This document shows, in pieces, positions 12,400-25,709 of a DNA stretch of 64,000 nucleotides. The number at the start of each line of letters is the position of its first letter. Position 1 is the first letter of the stretch. The stretch covers positions 58,962,001 through 59,026,000 of the forward strand of contig CM075977.1 of assembly GCA_038087875.1 (NCBI GenBank), given 5' to 3'. The stretch is from Malacoraja senta. Its lineage: Eukaryota. The position numbers were made by a program, and so were the translations under genes. The notes beneath the pieces were generated by a model. It was not told the origin of the DNA. It searched no databases and saw only the letters and a list, made by a program, of their open reading frames with translations.

Positions 12400-13360
12400 G
12401 AATGATTGTGGAGAATCGATCCTGTGGTGCTCTTCCACAGCAGGATGTCAATAGATCTGCAATGGTCAAACTGGGAGTTATAGACCAAGTTTGGCAAGCA
12501 GGTCAGTATATTGCAATGTCTTCTAGTCGAAGAGATAAACAGTCGCACAATCTAAGGATCAGATCATGGATCTGTAGTCCTACCACATCCCAGACAAGAT
12601 TATTTCAATCCACCACAAAGAGGAAAATTGTTGCATACAATTACAAAAAACAGGAGTAATCATAACCAACTAACCACCATTCCAGGAGGTTTTCTTTTGC
12701 AATTGCTATCAAGCAGAACCTTCTTATCAATAAAGCTGCTCACTGATATTCATTTAAGGTCTTTATTACCGTTTTGTTCACAAGCAGCAACTCAGGAGCT
12801 GAATTTCTAATCCAAGACTGACTGTCCTTGACCAAGGCAGGATTTGATTGATTGTACCATCAAGCAGCCATATTAACATTGAATGGGGCTCAAAGGAAAA
12901 TCTTTCCTCTGGCTGAAGCAAAAAAGGAAAATGATTGTGCTTGTTGGAGATCATTCATCACAACCCCAATTCTCTGTAGGATTTCCTCAGGACATGTTCA
13001 AGATCCATCCATGTTCAGCTTTTTTGATCAATGTTCTTACCTCTGCCATTTTGTCAGATGAGAATATGTGAACATAATTGCATTCTGTTTGATATAAAAA
13101 CTCCTGAAGCATGATGCACTCTTATGCACTGTCTTGGACAACATTCAGATTTGCTTCTATTACTCAATGGTCATCCTTCAGGTTGTGGCTCAAATATTGA
13201 TGGCACAGTTGACTGTCACAAAATACAAACACCGTGACTTTTGTGCATTGACCAACATGGTGAATTGGACATTCCCAAGAGTCAACAATGAGACTGTTGG
13301 TTTGTGACTGATGAGTTTTAGGATTTCAGCAGGAATGCGCTCTACTCCAGAAGGCTCTGT
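12400..13360 (-). mobile_element. Old RTE-like LINE remnants
   Basis: Minus strand near 13350 reads (P)SGVERIPAEILK, resembling K.PG.DGIPAE.LK. Heavily decayed. Confidence 0.35.
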
Positions 13361-14076
13361 TACTTTTTAGTCAGAATATGTTTTAAAAAAATTCTTATTG
13401 GTCAGAATTTCTTATTAACCTTGTCCTGTTGAAAGATATAATATTTTTTATTGGAAAAAATAGTCTTCATTAGCGATCATTGCATTTGAATGGGTTTAAT
13501 TTAAATACAGCCCTTCAAAATAGGTGTTTCATAAACAGACAAATTCATTCATTAGTTTGTTAATGTTAGTACTTCTTTTGAACATCTCAAGTTTATTGCA
13601 GTGACCTAGGTTTTACCTATCTAAGTCTCCACATTATCAATGGAAAAGAAAATTCAGTAATGAGCACTGTGGTGAAGAAAGCTTTAGCTTAGCTTAAAGA
13701 TAGTGAATTAAATGCTTTGATATAATTGGAGCTGGAACAATATACTCAGTAAAGCAACTTTGAAATGATTGTCAAAAAATAGCAGGTGAAACTACAAATT
13801 TACATTATGATTGTCTCAATATAAATCTCCAGAATAATGAGATATGCAGTGCATTGATGAGAAAATGTGGCATAGCACATAATTGATAAATGCAAATGAT
13901 CTCCGTAAGCTAAAGACCGCCTGACCAAGAATCAATGATTCTGTAAAATTGTACAGGAAATGTACAAAACAACAGTTGAACACACTAATCAACATAAGAT
14001 GGAACTCTTAAAGAAAATTATTAGTGTCCTCGCTGGAAATATTGAGTATTCTAACTTTAAATATCTTTGTGAGCTT

Positions 14077-14275
14077 NNNNNNNNNNNNNNNNNNNNNNNN
14101 NNNNNNNNNNNNNNNNNNNNNNNNNNNNNNNNNNNNNNNNNNNNNNNNNNNNNNNNNNNNNNNNNNNNNNNNNNNNNNNNNNNNNNNNNNNNNNNNNNNN
14201 NNNNNNNNNNNNNNNNNNNNNNNNNNNNNNNNNNNNNNNNNNNNNNNNNNNNNNNNNNNNNNNNNNNNNNNNNNN
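14077..14275. other. Assembly gap
   Basis: Run of N. Confidence 1.
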
Positions 14276-15214
14276 GAGTAACAGATGATGGTCTTGATCC
14301 AAAAAGGGGATGGGAAATCATCCAAGATTGATTAGAATGGTATCAAAAAATAGATAATTATTTTAATGATGATTACGAAAGGATGCAAGAAAAAAGATTC
14401 CCAGTGATAGCTCCTTTCATGCGATTTGTATAAAAAAAATGCAGTCAAACTGAAGGAAGAAGCAATCATGTCAAGAAATTAAGTCAATTTTTAAGAATTC
14501 AGCAATATCTTTGGAAGTTTATACATGTTCTGTATTTTATATTTTACTTCAACCATTGACATTCTGAAAGAAAAGGCTCTAAAATAAACATCAAATATAT
14601 TTTTTGAACTACATTAGAATTTTGGTCTGTATCTGCTGAAGAAAGCATGACAACTGATATCTTGATATTAAAAGAAGTAAGCTATGAAGAATGTTATGAG
14701 GGCCAATTAATATAATATTACTAATGGAGAATTTTTTCTCAGAACATTTTAAGAGCTCAGAAGTGGTCAGCATTTAAATGAGAAAACAAAGAATATAAAA
14801 AGATAAAAGATATTTTCCGAATACATATGATAAAATTCTGCTTGTGAGAGTTTTAATTGAGAGTAACATTCATGCAACTCATTGCAAGTTAATTGGTTGA
14901 ATTGAATATCAAATTAACAATAAAAATGTTGTACTTATTCATTGGCAATGTGTTTAGTTTAGTTCAGAGATACAGCGCGGAAAAAGGATCTTCGCCCACT
15001 GAGTCCGCACCGACCAGCAATCCCTGCACATTAACACTATCCTACACACACTAGGGATAATCTACACTTATACCAAGCCAATTAACCTACAAACCTGTAC
15101 GTCTTTTGAGTGTGGGAGAAAACCCACGCGGTCACGGGAGAATGTACAATCTCTGTACAGACAGCACTCGTAGTCAGAATCGAACCTGGGTCTCTGGTGC
15201 TGCAAGTGCTGTAA

Positions 15215-15865
15215 AGGGCCTGTGCCACTTGGCCGTCATTCACGCGACATGCTGGTAGTGACTGACGCGCGACAGTTGCGCGCATCATCATGCATCCACA
15301 CAGCCGTCTGGAGCGCGTGACGTCATTTAAAGATAGACACAAAATGCAGAAGTAACTCAGCGGGACCGGCAGCATCTCTGGAGAGAAGGAATGGATGATG
15401 TTTCGGGTCGAGACTCTTCTTCAGTCTGAAGAAGGGTCTTGACCCAAAATGTCACCCATTGCTTCTCTCCAGAGATGCTGCCGGTCCCGCTGAGTTACCC
15501 CTGCATTTTGTGTCATCTCCAATCGTCTTGGCCCCACTCTGGGAGCAGGAGTGGGGACGGATCTGGATCCGCAACGGCCGTGAGCCCCAGGCCGAGCTCG
15601 GCGATCGCTTGCCTGCTTCTGCTGCTGTTAGAGGTGAGATGTTGCGCCACGCCAGGGTGTCCTACTTGGCCGTCATTTACGCGACAGGCCGGTGGCGAGC
15701 GAAGATTTAGTCCAGAACGAAATCCTGGAGCGCTGCGCGATACCGCATGCAACTCCACACTCCTCCATGCCACTCCATGCGCCCGCCCCGCGCTACCCAC
15801 ACGCTAGCCACACGCTACCAGGTCGCGTAAATGGCGCGCAAATGACAGCAAGTGGGACAGGCCCT
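15215..15865. mobile_element. PIF/Harbinger-type MITE
   Basis: TIRs AGGGCCTGTGCCACTT / AAGTGGGACAGGCCCT. TSD TAA at 15212-15214 and 15866-15868. Confidence 0.9.
15331..15517. mobile_element. Palindromic unit of two head-to-head Penelope 3' ends, each with a hammerhead core
   Basis: Arms of ~90 bp are imperfectly inverted around CTTCAGTCTGAAG at ~15424. Same sequence family as the Penelope termini at 46040-46160. Confidence 0.8.
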
Positions 15866-16859
15866 TAAGGCTGCAATTTTACCCCTGCGCCATTGTGCCG
15901 CCCATGTGGAGGAAAATACCTGATAAATTAAGGTATTCCTGCTGATCTCAGCTATATGTAGAGGTGGCGGTAGTGAAGACCATTGATCTGAATAATGTAG
16001 GTAAATGGGCTTTTGTAAATTGATGCAATGATGCAAGAAATGTATATGTATCAATGAAAAGTTGATTATACGGTAAGAAGAAAATGTGATGCATATGATT
16101 ACATGAGGATCAAACAGTTTTTTCCCCAAAAGTGTAATGCATAAACTGTAACAGTATGCCCAATTAAATTCTATGGAATAAAATAGTATTAGGAGTAAAA
16201 CAAGCTTACAGAATTCATATTATTGTTATGCACAATTTACAAATTCATGCACCCACAAGATGATAAACTTTTCACACTCTGGTCTTTAAAATCCGTAATA
16301 ATAAAAGTCAATTCTTAAACACTTTGGTATTTAATTTTTTTTTTAAGGTGTCTAGAAAGAATCTAAGTGGTTTAAAAATTGTGAGAATAAGCATAAATGA
16401 TCAGATTGATCTTAATAGTTCATGTATGGATATGACCATGAAAATGTTATCTGTGGAATATAATAAGCCAGGTTTGAATTATCTGGGCTGTCAAGCAAGA
16501 TTAATATCCTGACGTTTTGCTAAATTATTTCAGAGAAAAAAATTCTCAGAGCTTTATCATTTTGGATATTTTACCTGTGGTTATTCAGTCCTCTTAGGTG
16601 ATTGAATACATTGGATATAATTCACAATATAACGCAGGTCCGAATTTTACTCATCCTATGAAAGAAAGGGGTCTGATCGCATCTTTTTTTGTCAACATAT
16701 CTTCTTCAATTCTCAGCAAGTGATGATTAAATACAGAAATAAAAAATAGTTAATTATTATATGTTATTGCTTACATTAGTGGGTCAGGTTAATATTAACT
16801 GAAGCTACAGGGGAGAGTTATTTTCTCATGTATGGCAAAGATGTGGAACAAATTAGCAT

Positions 16860-17180
16860 TTGATGACACACTGGTCAACCTGAGGGGCACCTTCAGCAAC
16901 AGATTGGTTCCACCAAGATGCAGCACAGAACGCCACAGGAGATCGTTTTTCCCTGTGACTATCAAAATGTACAACTCCTCCCCCTTCTGTCATGGGGTAG
17001 AAGGGGGAGGAGTTGTACATTTTGATAGCCCCCCCCCCCCCCCCCCCCCCACCAACTTTGCACATCCCCAACCCTGGACTTTCCACTCTGCACTTTAATT
17101 TCATGTTTCATGTTTTTTGTGTTTTTATGACTGTTGGCAGACCAATTTCCCTCCTGTGATAAATAAAGTTCTATCGTAAC
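16860..17180 (+). mobile_element. Rex1/Babar-like LINE 3' fragment
   Basis: STERHRRSFFPVTIKMYN resembles the T.R.R.SF.P.AI.L.N C-terminal motif. The 3' UTR has AATAAA. Confidence 0.7.
16959..17028. repeat. Perfect 30-bp inverted repeat with 10-nt loop
   Basis: CTATCAAAATGTACAACTCCTCCCCCTTCT (16959-16988) and its reverse complement (16999-17028). Confidence 0.95.
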
Positions 17181-17814
17181 ATATTGTATTTATATCTAAA
17201 GTCACTGTCAGCCTTGGCACGCTGGAAGTTGTCTTGCGTCTGGGAGTAAGGTTTGAGGGTTGAAATCTTACTGGTCTGCAAGGCTCCATAGTGCATTGAT
17301 TGAAAATTATGGATGTTGATCTAGTTCCGGCTTTGGAATACATTGTAATGTTTTGGATCCAACACATATTAATGGTGTGAGTTGCTACAACTGCCATTTG
17401 ATGAGAGTGTTAGCATGTGAACAATGAATGTTGGCTGGAAGATTGTAAAGTCGGCAGATTGTGAAGTTAATCAGCATACAATGCTCATTTTACACCAGCA
17501 CTATCATTTTTAGACCTCTAAATTGCTAACACTCACTTATCCTTGTGCAACCAAATGCACATTCAACAGAAATGTTTTTAAGGGATCACATGCAACTAGA
17601 AACAAGTTGCTGGTGATTTCTCCTGGCTAAGACTGTGATTCTGCAACTGCTTTGGTGCAATGCAGTGTTTTTAAAAAATGCAGGAAACCGCAGAGAATTG
17701 TATATCCTGAAATGTTTGCCCTAAACCATGACTATTGAATCATAACGCATATGTTTGTGCCAATCAGGGAAAGAGTAGTCCAGGTAATAGCTTTATGGGC
17801 AGCAGGGTCAGACA

Positions 17815-18105
17815 CAATTTTATTTATATCAAGAGGACTGGAATACAAAAACAGAGATGTATTGCTGAGGCTCTATAAGGCGCTGGTCAGGCTGCATTTG
17901 GAGTACTGTGAGCAAATTTGGGCCCCATATCTGAGGAAGGATGTGCTGGCTCTGGAGAGGGTCCAGAGGAGGTTTATAAGAATGATTCCAGAATGAGTGG
18001 GTTAGCATATGATAAGCATTTGATAGTTTAGAAGGTTGAAGGGGGACCTCATTGAAACATACAGAATAATAAAAGGCCTAGATAGAATGGATGTGGAAAG
18101 GATGT
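17815..18105 (+). mobile_element. CR1 ORF2 C-terminal fragment
   Basis: LYKALVRLHLEYC, LERVQRRF and KGDLIETY. Confidence 0.9.
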
Positions 18106-20140
18106 TTTTCCTCATCTCTGTTCTAAATGCCCTACCCCTTATTCTTAAACTGTGGCCCCTGGTTCTGGACTCATCCAACATCGAGAACATGTTTCCTCCT
18201 CTAACGTGTCCAATCCCTTAATAATCTTATATGTTTCAATAAGATCCCCTCTCATCCTAAATTCCAGTGTATACAGGCCCAGTCGCTCCATTCTTTCAAC
18301 ATATGGCAGTCCCACCATCTTGGGACAACCTCGTGAACCTACGCTGCACTCCCTCAATAGCAAGAATGTCCTTCCTCAAATCTTGAGACCAAAACTGCAC
18401 ACAATTCCTACAGGTGTGGTCTCACCAGGGCCCTGTACAACTGTTCCTATACTCAACTCCTCTTGTTATGAAGGCCAACATGCCATTAGATTTCTTCACT
18501 GCCTGCTGTACCTGCATGCTTACTTTCAGTGACTGATCAACAAGGACACCCAGATCTCGTTGTACTTTCCCTTTTCCGAACGACACCATTCAGATAATAA
18601 TCTGCCTTCCTGTTCTTGCCACCAAAGTGGATAACCTCACATTTATCCACATTAAACTGCATCTACCATGCATCTGCCCACTCACCCAACCCGTCCAAGT
18701 CACCCTGCATCCTCATAGCATCTTCCTCATAGTTCACACTGCCACCCAGCTTTGTGTCATCTGCAAATTTGCTAATGTTACTCTTAATCCCTTCATCTAA
18801 ATCATTAATGTATATTGTAATTAGCTGTGGTCCCAGCACCGAGCCTTGTGGTACCCCACTAGTCACTGCCTGCCATTCCGAAAGGGACCCGTTAATCCCT
18901 ACTCTTTATATCCTGTCTGCCAACCAATTTTCTATCCATGTCAGTACCCTACCCCCAATACTATGTACTCTAATCTTGCCCACTAATCTCCTATGTGGGA
19001 CCTTTCAAAGGTTTTCTGGAAGTCCAGGTACACCACATCGACTGGCTCTCCCTTGTCCATTTTCCTAGTTACATCCTCAAAAAATTCCCGTAGATTAGTC
19101 AAGCATGATTTCCCCTTCGTAAATCCATGCTGACTCGGACCGATCTTGTTACTGCTATCCAAATGTGCTGCTATTTCATATTTTATAATTGACTCCAGCG
19201 TCTTCCCCAACACTGATGTCAGGCTAACTCGTCTATAATTTCCTGTTTTCTCTCTTCTGCCTTTCTTAAAAAGTGGGATAACATTAGCTACCCTCCAATC
19301 CATAGGAACAGATCCTGAATCTATAGAACATTGGAAAATTATCACTAATGCGTCCATGATTTCCAGAGCCACTTCCTTAAGTACCGTGGGATGCAGACCA
19401 TCAGGCCCTGGGGATTTATCAGCTTTCAGTCCCATCAGCCTACCCAACACCATTTGCTGCCTAAATTGAATGTCCTTCAGTTCCTACATCATCCTTGGTG
19501 CCTCTGAAGACTGATCCAAAGCACCTGTTTGTCTGCCAATTCCTTTTTCCCCATAATAAATTCACCTATTTCTGTCTTCAAGGGGCCCACATTTGTCTTC
19601 AGATTAAAGTAAATTAATGCTGTCAAAATATAAGTGCTATTCTCTTATTAATCCAATAACAGTGCAAGAATAAATTGCATAGCAGTATGATTGCCATTTT
19701 TTCCCTCAACATAGCTAAAGAAGCTTTTACTATCTTCCTTTATATTCTTGGCTACCTTACCTTCGTACCTCATCTTTTCTCCCGTATTGCCTTTTTAGTT
19801 ATCTTCCGTTGCTCTTTAAAAGTTTCCCAATCCTCTGGCTTCCCGCTCATCTTTGCTATGTTATACTTTTATTTTTATACTGCCCTTGACTTCCCTTGTC
19901 AGCCACGGTCACCACTTACTCCCTTTAGAATCTTTGTTACTCTTTGGAATGAACTGATCCTGCACCTTCTGTATTATTCCCAGTAATACCTGCCATTGTT
20001 GTTCCGCTTTAATCCCTGCTAGTGTCTCTTTCTAGTCAATTTTGGCCAGCTCCTCCCTCAGACCTCCATAGACCCTTTGCTCAACTGTGATACTAACACT
20101 TCTGATTTTCCCTTCCCCTCTCAAATTGTAGATTTGAACG
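18100..20140 (-). mobile_element. CR1 LINE ORF2, fragmented
   Basis: KSPGPDGLHP, WRVANVIPLFKKG, QHGFTKGKSCLTNL, YLDFQK, GVPQGSVLGP and KFADD, with frameshifts. Confidence 0.95.
19600..19694. repeat. 95-bp inverted duplicate of 20794-20888 inserted into CR1
   Basis: Exact reverse complement of 20794-20888, as read by eye. Confidence 0.9.
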
Positions 20141-21409
20141 AGTGAAGGCGATCGATAAGATGGACACAAAATGCTGAGTAACTCAGCAGGTCAGGCAACA
20201 TCTCTGGAAGAAATGGATAGGTGATGTGTCGGGTTGGGACCCTTCCTCAGACAGGTGATCGATGGTCAGCATGGACTCGATGGGCCGAATGGCCTGTTTG
20301 TACACTGTATCTCTAAACTGATCTCAAACGATGAATGTCTCAGCTTCCATTGCGGAACAAGCAGAAGCCAGTCAATGTCTAAATCTTGCCAACCTGACTA
20401 TTGTCATGCAGGCTGGCACTGTTGCCTTTGTAGCTCTAGGTACCATTGTGTCTTTAGACGATGGTTGTGATAACTGAAAACTACATTTTATTATTGGCTA
20501 TTCAAAAACTGGATGCAATTTAATTTTACTTACACTGAAGGAAACATGTAGTACTTTAACCTTCCATACTTCTGTTATGCAGATTTTACTCTTCTAAATG
20601 AATTTGGCTACCATCCTGCAAATCTCACTGTGAAGCAATAATCATTAAAATGATGTACAGGTATGATCACAAATGTAATTTTTCATCAATTGTCCATGGT
20701 GTTTGCTATTCAAAATGTTAGGGTTCTCATTACCAACATGGTCTTACTGCTATTTCTTCAACAGGAATTGCATCACTCCTTCAATTACTTTTTGCAATCA
20801 TACTGCTATGCAATTTATTCTTGCACTGTTATTGGATTAATAAGAGAATAGCACTTATATTTTGACAGCATTAATTTACTTTAATCTGGCAAATGCATGT
20901 GAAAAACTGGCCTCAGTCTCCCACTTTAACAAAATGTTTACTAATTGAGTGAACAATTTACATTTACTTTGATTAGCAATTATTTATCCAACATATTAAA
21001 ATGAATGACAACAATAAAAAGCTAGCAGAAAGAAAAATAAGTTGAAAGAGCATGTTGAAGGAATTTTAAAGGTTCCAAGAGATGGACCAAATCAGAGAGT
21101 CATGGAGTTCCAGAACTAGATGGAGTGTCTGAGAGATTCATCTTCTATGCTACGCCAGAGCAACCAAGTGAGAGCCAGTAGAATGAGGAATGGGTTGCTC
21201 CATTACACTACACCGACAGGGGAAGGGATGTGAGAGGGAGGTGTTATAATAATAGATGTGGAACCACAATGAATGATTTATATAAAAAGATAAAGATTTT
21301 ATATTCTGTTCAATGGATTTAGTTCAAGTCTGTCAGTGCAGGCTTATGAAGTGGGATTTTTTTAAAAGCCCGAAGAACGTAGAATGTAGAATCAAGGGAC
21401 TGCAATTTT

Positions 21410-21600
21410 CCTTTTCCAAAGATAAACTTTATTCAGAATAAAAAATATATACAAAACAAGAACTGTGCAAACACTCTAAACATTCTCTGCTGCTATATAT
21501 TCATTAGCATTTTGTTTGGCGGAGTTCACAAAAACTATCATAATACCAGGCACCCTTGTACCTCATGTGGCCCCCTGGGGTGATATCCCTTTCCTTTGTT
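21410..21600 (-). mobile_element. Possible L1/Tx1-like LINE 3' end
   Basis: AATAAA and an A-rich tail on the minus strand, preceded by a short coding-like segment. Confidence 0.3.
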
Positions 21601-22704
21601 TGAGGTGCTGGAGTAAATCAGCTAGTCAGTCAGCATCTCTGGAGAACATACTGTAGATACTGTAGGTGACTTTGGGTCAGGACCCTTCTTCAATTCTTTA
21701 ATGAAAGGCTGTGCCTTTCACAACCTCATGATATCTTGCTGAAGGCATGTTCTCCACTAAAACACTGTGGCTTTGTGGTTCTGTTCAACCTGTTCTTAAG
21801 CCAAAAATGATCAATAAAGGTACAAACAATGTGCAGGTATGCAAAAAGATTCATGCATATGCACTCTTGTTCACAGCTAAACAAGCATTTGCTATCAACC
21901 AGTGAGAATTGATCACTACCCAATTTTCAGCTCCATTACACATATCATATAGATAGCAGTCTTCAGGATGACATCTAGACACTGTTACTTCCTTGGTATA
22001 AAACACCAGCATTGGTAAGGTTATGTATTCTCTAATTCACGTTTATATGTGACCTATTGATAAGATTTTAACATATGCATTTGTCCACATCAAAAAATCT
22101 GTTATTCTTTTATCTTCACAAATGCTTCTCAGTCCATTGCCATCCGAAGTAATTGATTTGAGTTAATTTACATCTTTAAAAAAAAAAGGATTTATAGTTA
22201 TATTGCTATGAAATAGAATTACACAGCGTGAAGACAGGAAAGTTATGTTCCATGAAGGTTGGCTATATGGTAGAATAATTGCACATGGACTGTAGTTGGA
22301 GAGGTTTTATTATTATTTTCTTGATGTGAATTTTCTTTTACCCTTTTGAGTGGTGTTTTCTTTGACCTCAAGAGAGTTTGTAAATTTTCCTAATGGAATA
22401 TACATCCCTCATTGCCTGAGTCCGGTAACTGATCCAGATTCAGAAAATAAAGGTAAATGCCGTAGGGGTCCTTATAGTGAGTTTTTACTGTCTGGATCAA
22501 TCGGGAATTGTCCTGCAATATTTCCCATTAAGGTTTTCATGTTTTATTATTGTCTGCTGTATGTTTCCTACATAGTGGGTGCACAGTCTTTGCTTATGGT
22601 ATATGGAGATAGAGGAGCAAATGGAGCAGAGCAGCAGGACCAAAAGAATGAGGCAGGGGAAGGGCAATAGATAATGATGAAGAAAAGCTCTTGGGATTGG
22701 GATT

Positions 22705-24116
22705 ACTCTCCTCTGCCTAGCAGAGCTGGTCCTTACCCTTAATAACTTTTCATTTGACTCCTCCCATTTCCTCCAAATACAAGGCGTATGGGCACGCTAT
22801 TTGTAGGGAACGTCGAACAATCCTTATTCGAGGCGTACCGTGGCCCTATCCCCAAACTCTACCTCCGCTACATCGACGACCGCATTGGTGCTACCTCCTC
22901 CACCCATGCAGAACTCACTGACTTCATTCATTTCACCACTAACTTCCATCCGGCACTCAAATACACCTGGATCATTTCCAACATTTCCCTACCATTTCTC
23001 GACCTTACTATCTCCGTTGCAGGTGATAGACTACTGACCGACATGGCTATCTGGACTACACTTCTTCCCACCCTGCTTCCTGTAAGGACTCCATCCCCTA
23101 CTCCCAATTCCTCCGTCTATGCCGCATCTGCACCCAGGATGAGGTGTTCCACACCAGGGCATCGGAGATGTCCTCATTCTTCAGGGAATGGGGGTTCCCC
23201 TCTTCTACCATAGATGAGGCTTTCACCAGGGTCTCTTCTATACCCCGTGACTCTGCTCTCACTCCCCACCCCCCCACTCGTAACAAGGGCAGAGTCCCCC
23301 TTGTCCTCACCTTCCACCCTACCAGCCGTCACATACAACAAATAATCCTCCAGACATTTTCGCCACCTCCAACGTGATCCCACCACTTGCCACATCTTCC
23401 CATCTCCTCCACTGTCTGCTTTCCGCAGAGACCACTCCCTCCGTAACTCCCTGGTCAATTCGTCCCTTCCCACCCGTACCACCCCCTCTCCGGGCACTTT
23501 CCCTTGCAACCGCAAGAAATGCTACACTTGTCGCTTTACCTCCCCCCTTGTCTCCATTCAAGGACCCAAGCAGTCTTTCCAGGTGCGGCAGAGGTTCACC
23601 TGCACCTCCTCCAACCTCATCTATTGGATCTGCTGCTCTAGATGTCAGTTGCTCTACATCGGTGAGACCAAGCGTACGCTTGGCGATCACTTCGCCGAAC
23701 ACCTCCGCTCGGTCCGCAATAACCAACCTGATCTCCCGGTGGCCCAGCACTTCAACTCCCCCTCCCATTCCGAATCCGACCTTTCTGTCCTGGGCCTCCT
23801 CCATGGCCAGAGTGAGGACCACCGTAAAGTGAAGGAGCAGCACCTCATATTTTGCTTGGGCAGTTTGCACCCCAGCGATATGAACATTGACTTCTCTAAT
23901 TTCACCTAGTCCTTTCTTTCTCCTCCCCTTCCCAGCTCTCCCTCAGCCCTCTGGCTCCTCCTCTTCCTTTCTTCCTTCTGCCACCCCCCTCAATCCCCCC
24001 ACCCACCCCACCCTCACATCAGTCTGAAGAAGGGTTTCGAGCCGAAACGTTGCCTATTTTCTTCGCTCCATAGATGCTGACTCACCCGCTGAGTTTCTCC
24101 AGCATTTTTGTTTACC
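22705..24116 (+). mobile_element. 5'-truncated Penelope-like element (RT C-terminus + GIY-YIG endonuclease)
   Basis: YLRYIDD, LPFLDL, FTCTSSNLIY.ICCSRCQLLYIGETKR, RF/HFAEHL and PVAQHFN, then a pLTR end. Possible TSD TTGGGATTG (22691-22699 / 24117-24125). Confidence 0.95.
23583..23909 (+). pseudogene. Penelope GIY-YIG endonuclease domain
   Basis: NLIY...LYIGETKR..EH..VAQHFN..EQHLIF.LGSLHP. Confidence 0.85.
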
Positions 24117-25709
24117 TTGGGATTGCCTGTCAGGATACACTTTAGGACCTCATTCTGAAGCTCAGGATACAAACACAGGCAACAAATATTGACCAGAACG
24201 ATTCCTAAAACCAATGCGCAATAATAAGAAAGAGAAAGCACAACAATCATATTGACACATTTGTTGTTGCTCTTCTCAATGTCCCCTTCCACACAAATAA
24301 TGAACACTGTAGCCAAACAATGCATGATTTTAAAATTTGTGTGCATTTTATCAAAAACAAGTCCATGCGATTGTTGACTAATTTCCCATGAATGGTCCCA
24401 TACCCCATGTGTTTCTGCCTCTGCTTTGCTCTCTCAGTGGCTACAAGCAGGCTGGAGAAACCTCCCTAACTCCTTCAGAAACATGGTAGTTGCTGTTGTA
24501 GTAAAGAGCAACGGTAAACAGTTCTGGGCCATGAGGGCTCGACTTCACCATCTCAACATGTGCAACAACAGTCTGGATAGCCAACTGACGGATATCAGTG
24601 AGAGAACTATGGTGGGACAACTACAATACTTTTCTGAAGTAGGATTCTAAATTCATGCTTCAAGGAGCGACCGATATTATCTATCCCTCTGGCATCAGTC
24701 TTTTTTGGCTCCTTTCTACTGGCTTCATTTTCACCCTTAGTTTATTTTCCTGAGTCCATGAGTATGTAGGTCTTCCACTGGGTGCTGCTCCAAGTCTGTA
24801 CCAATGAACTTTCATCAGAATAAGCATCATCGACCTGAAACATTAACTCCACTTCTCGTTTCACAAACGTCACCTGACCTGCTTGGTATTTCGATTATTT
24901 TGGGGGAATTTCTTTTAGATTTATAATGCCTGCAACTTTTGTATTGCCTTTTGAAGCAAATCAAAAGTTTGGGGATTGAATTTATTTTCTTAAATGTTGA
25001 TTCGGGTATTCACTCATTTTAAATAAATGCATTCTGGGCAGATGAAATAGCATAATATGCTTTTGTTTCTAAAATTATAAACAAAGGAGCATGCATAGAA
25101 ATGGTAGCAACATATATTTGATTTGATTGGGCATTAGGTATGTTATTTAAAATGTTACTTAGAAACTTATGAGTATTTGTATCAGATATTTTATTTTAAT
25201 AATAGATTGTTTGCAGTTAATCAGATGCCATTTAAACCAATAACTAAAATGTTGACCATTTGTCAAAGTTTTTTAAAGGACTCGAGTGCACTTCCATTTT
25301 AAATAAAGCTGTATGTATGCATCTAGCTATTAATCTAAAAAGTAAATGTGTGTGTTAACCAGTTTGACCTTGGCTTGATTAATTGTGTCAAGCACTCTGC
25401 AGCGCAGATTGCAAAAATATTGTTGATGGAGAAGGGTATGATTAAATTATGTTTGCAATTATCGTGCTGTTGATATAATATTCTGCAAGCAAAGTGTAGA
25501 TTAACTATATAGACACAGGGGTTTATGATTTGTTTAACACTGATATATGAGCCAAAGCATTGTTTGTGCTTTAGGATTATTAAAACCTTAACAATCTGTG
25601 AATTAGAGTTGGGGCCCACAATATAACCTCCTAGCCTCTCACTAAAGGAAAAACGTTAGAGAATATCACTACCCATACACCCAAGCATCTTTCCAGGTAA
25701 AGCAATGAT

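Larger units (their letters stand above)
14954..15905 (-). mobile_element. tRNA-derived V-SINE (HE1-like), split by a MITE
   Basis: Minus strand has an A-box-like GGCACAATGGCGCAG, B box GGTTCGATTC, a V-SINE-like core, the CR1-type tail GCTGTATCTCT and (AACTA)n. Confidence 0.85.

Noticed and set aside
13960-14331. ORFs spanning N runs (also near 53071, 59599 and 60937)
   Set aside because: Artefacts of translating gaps.
15170-15905. tRNA gene
   Set aside because: The A/B boxes belong to a SINE head; there is no cloverleaf.
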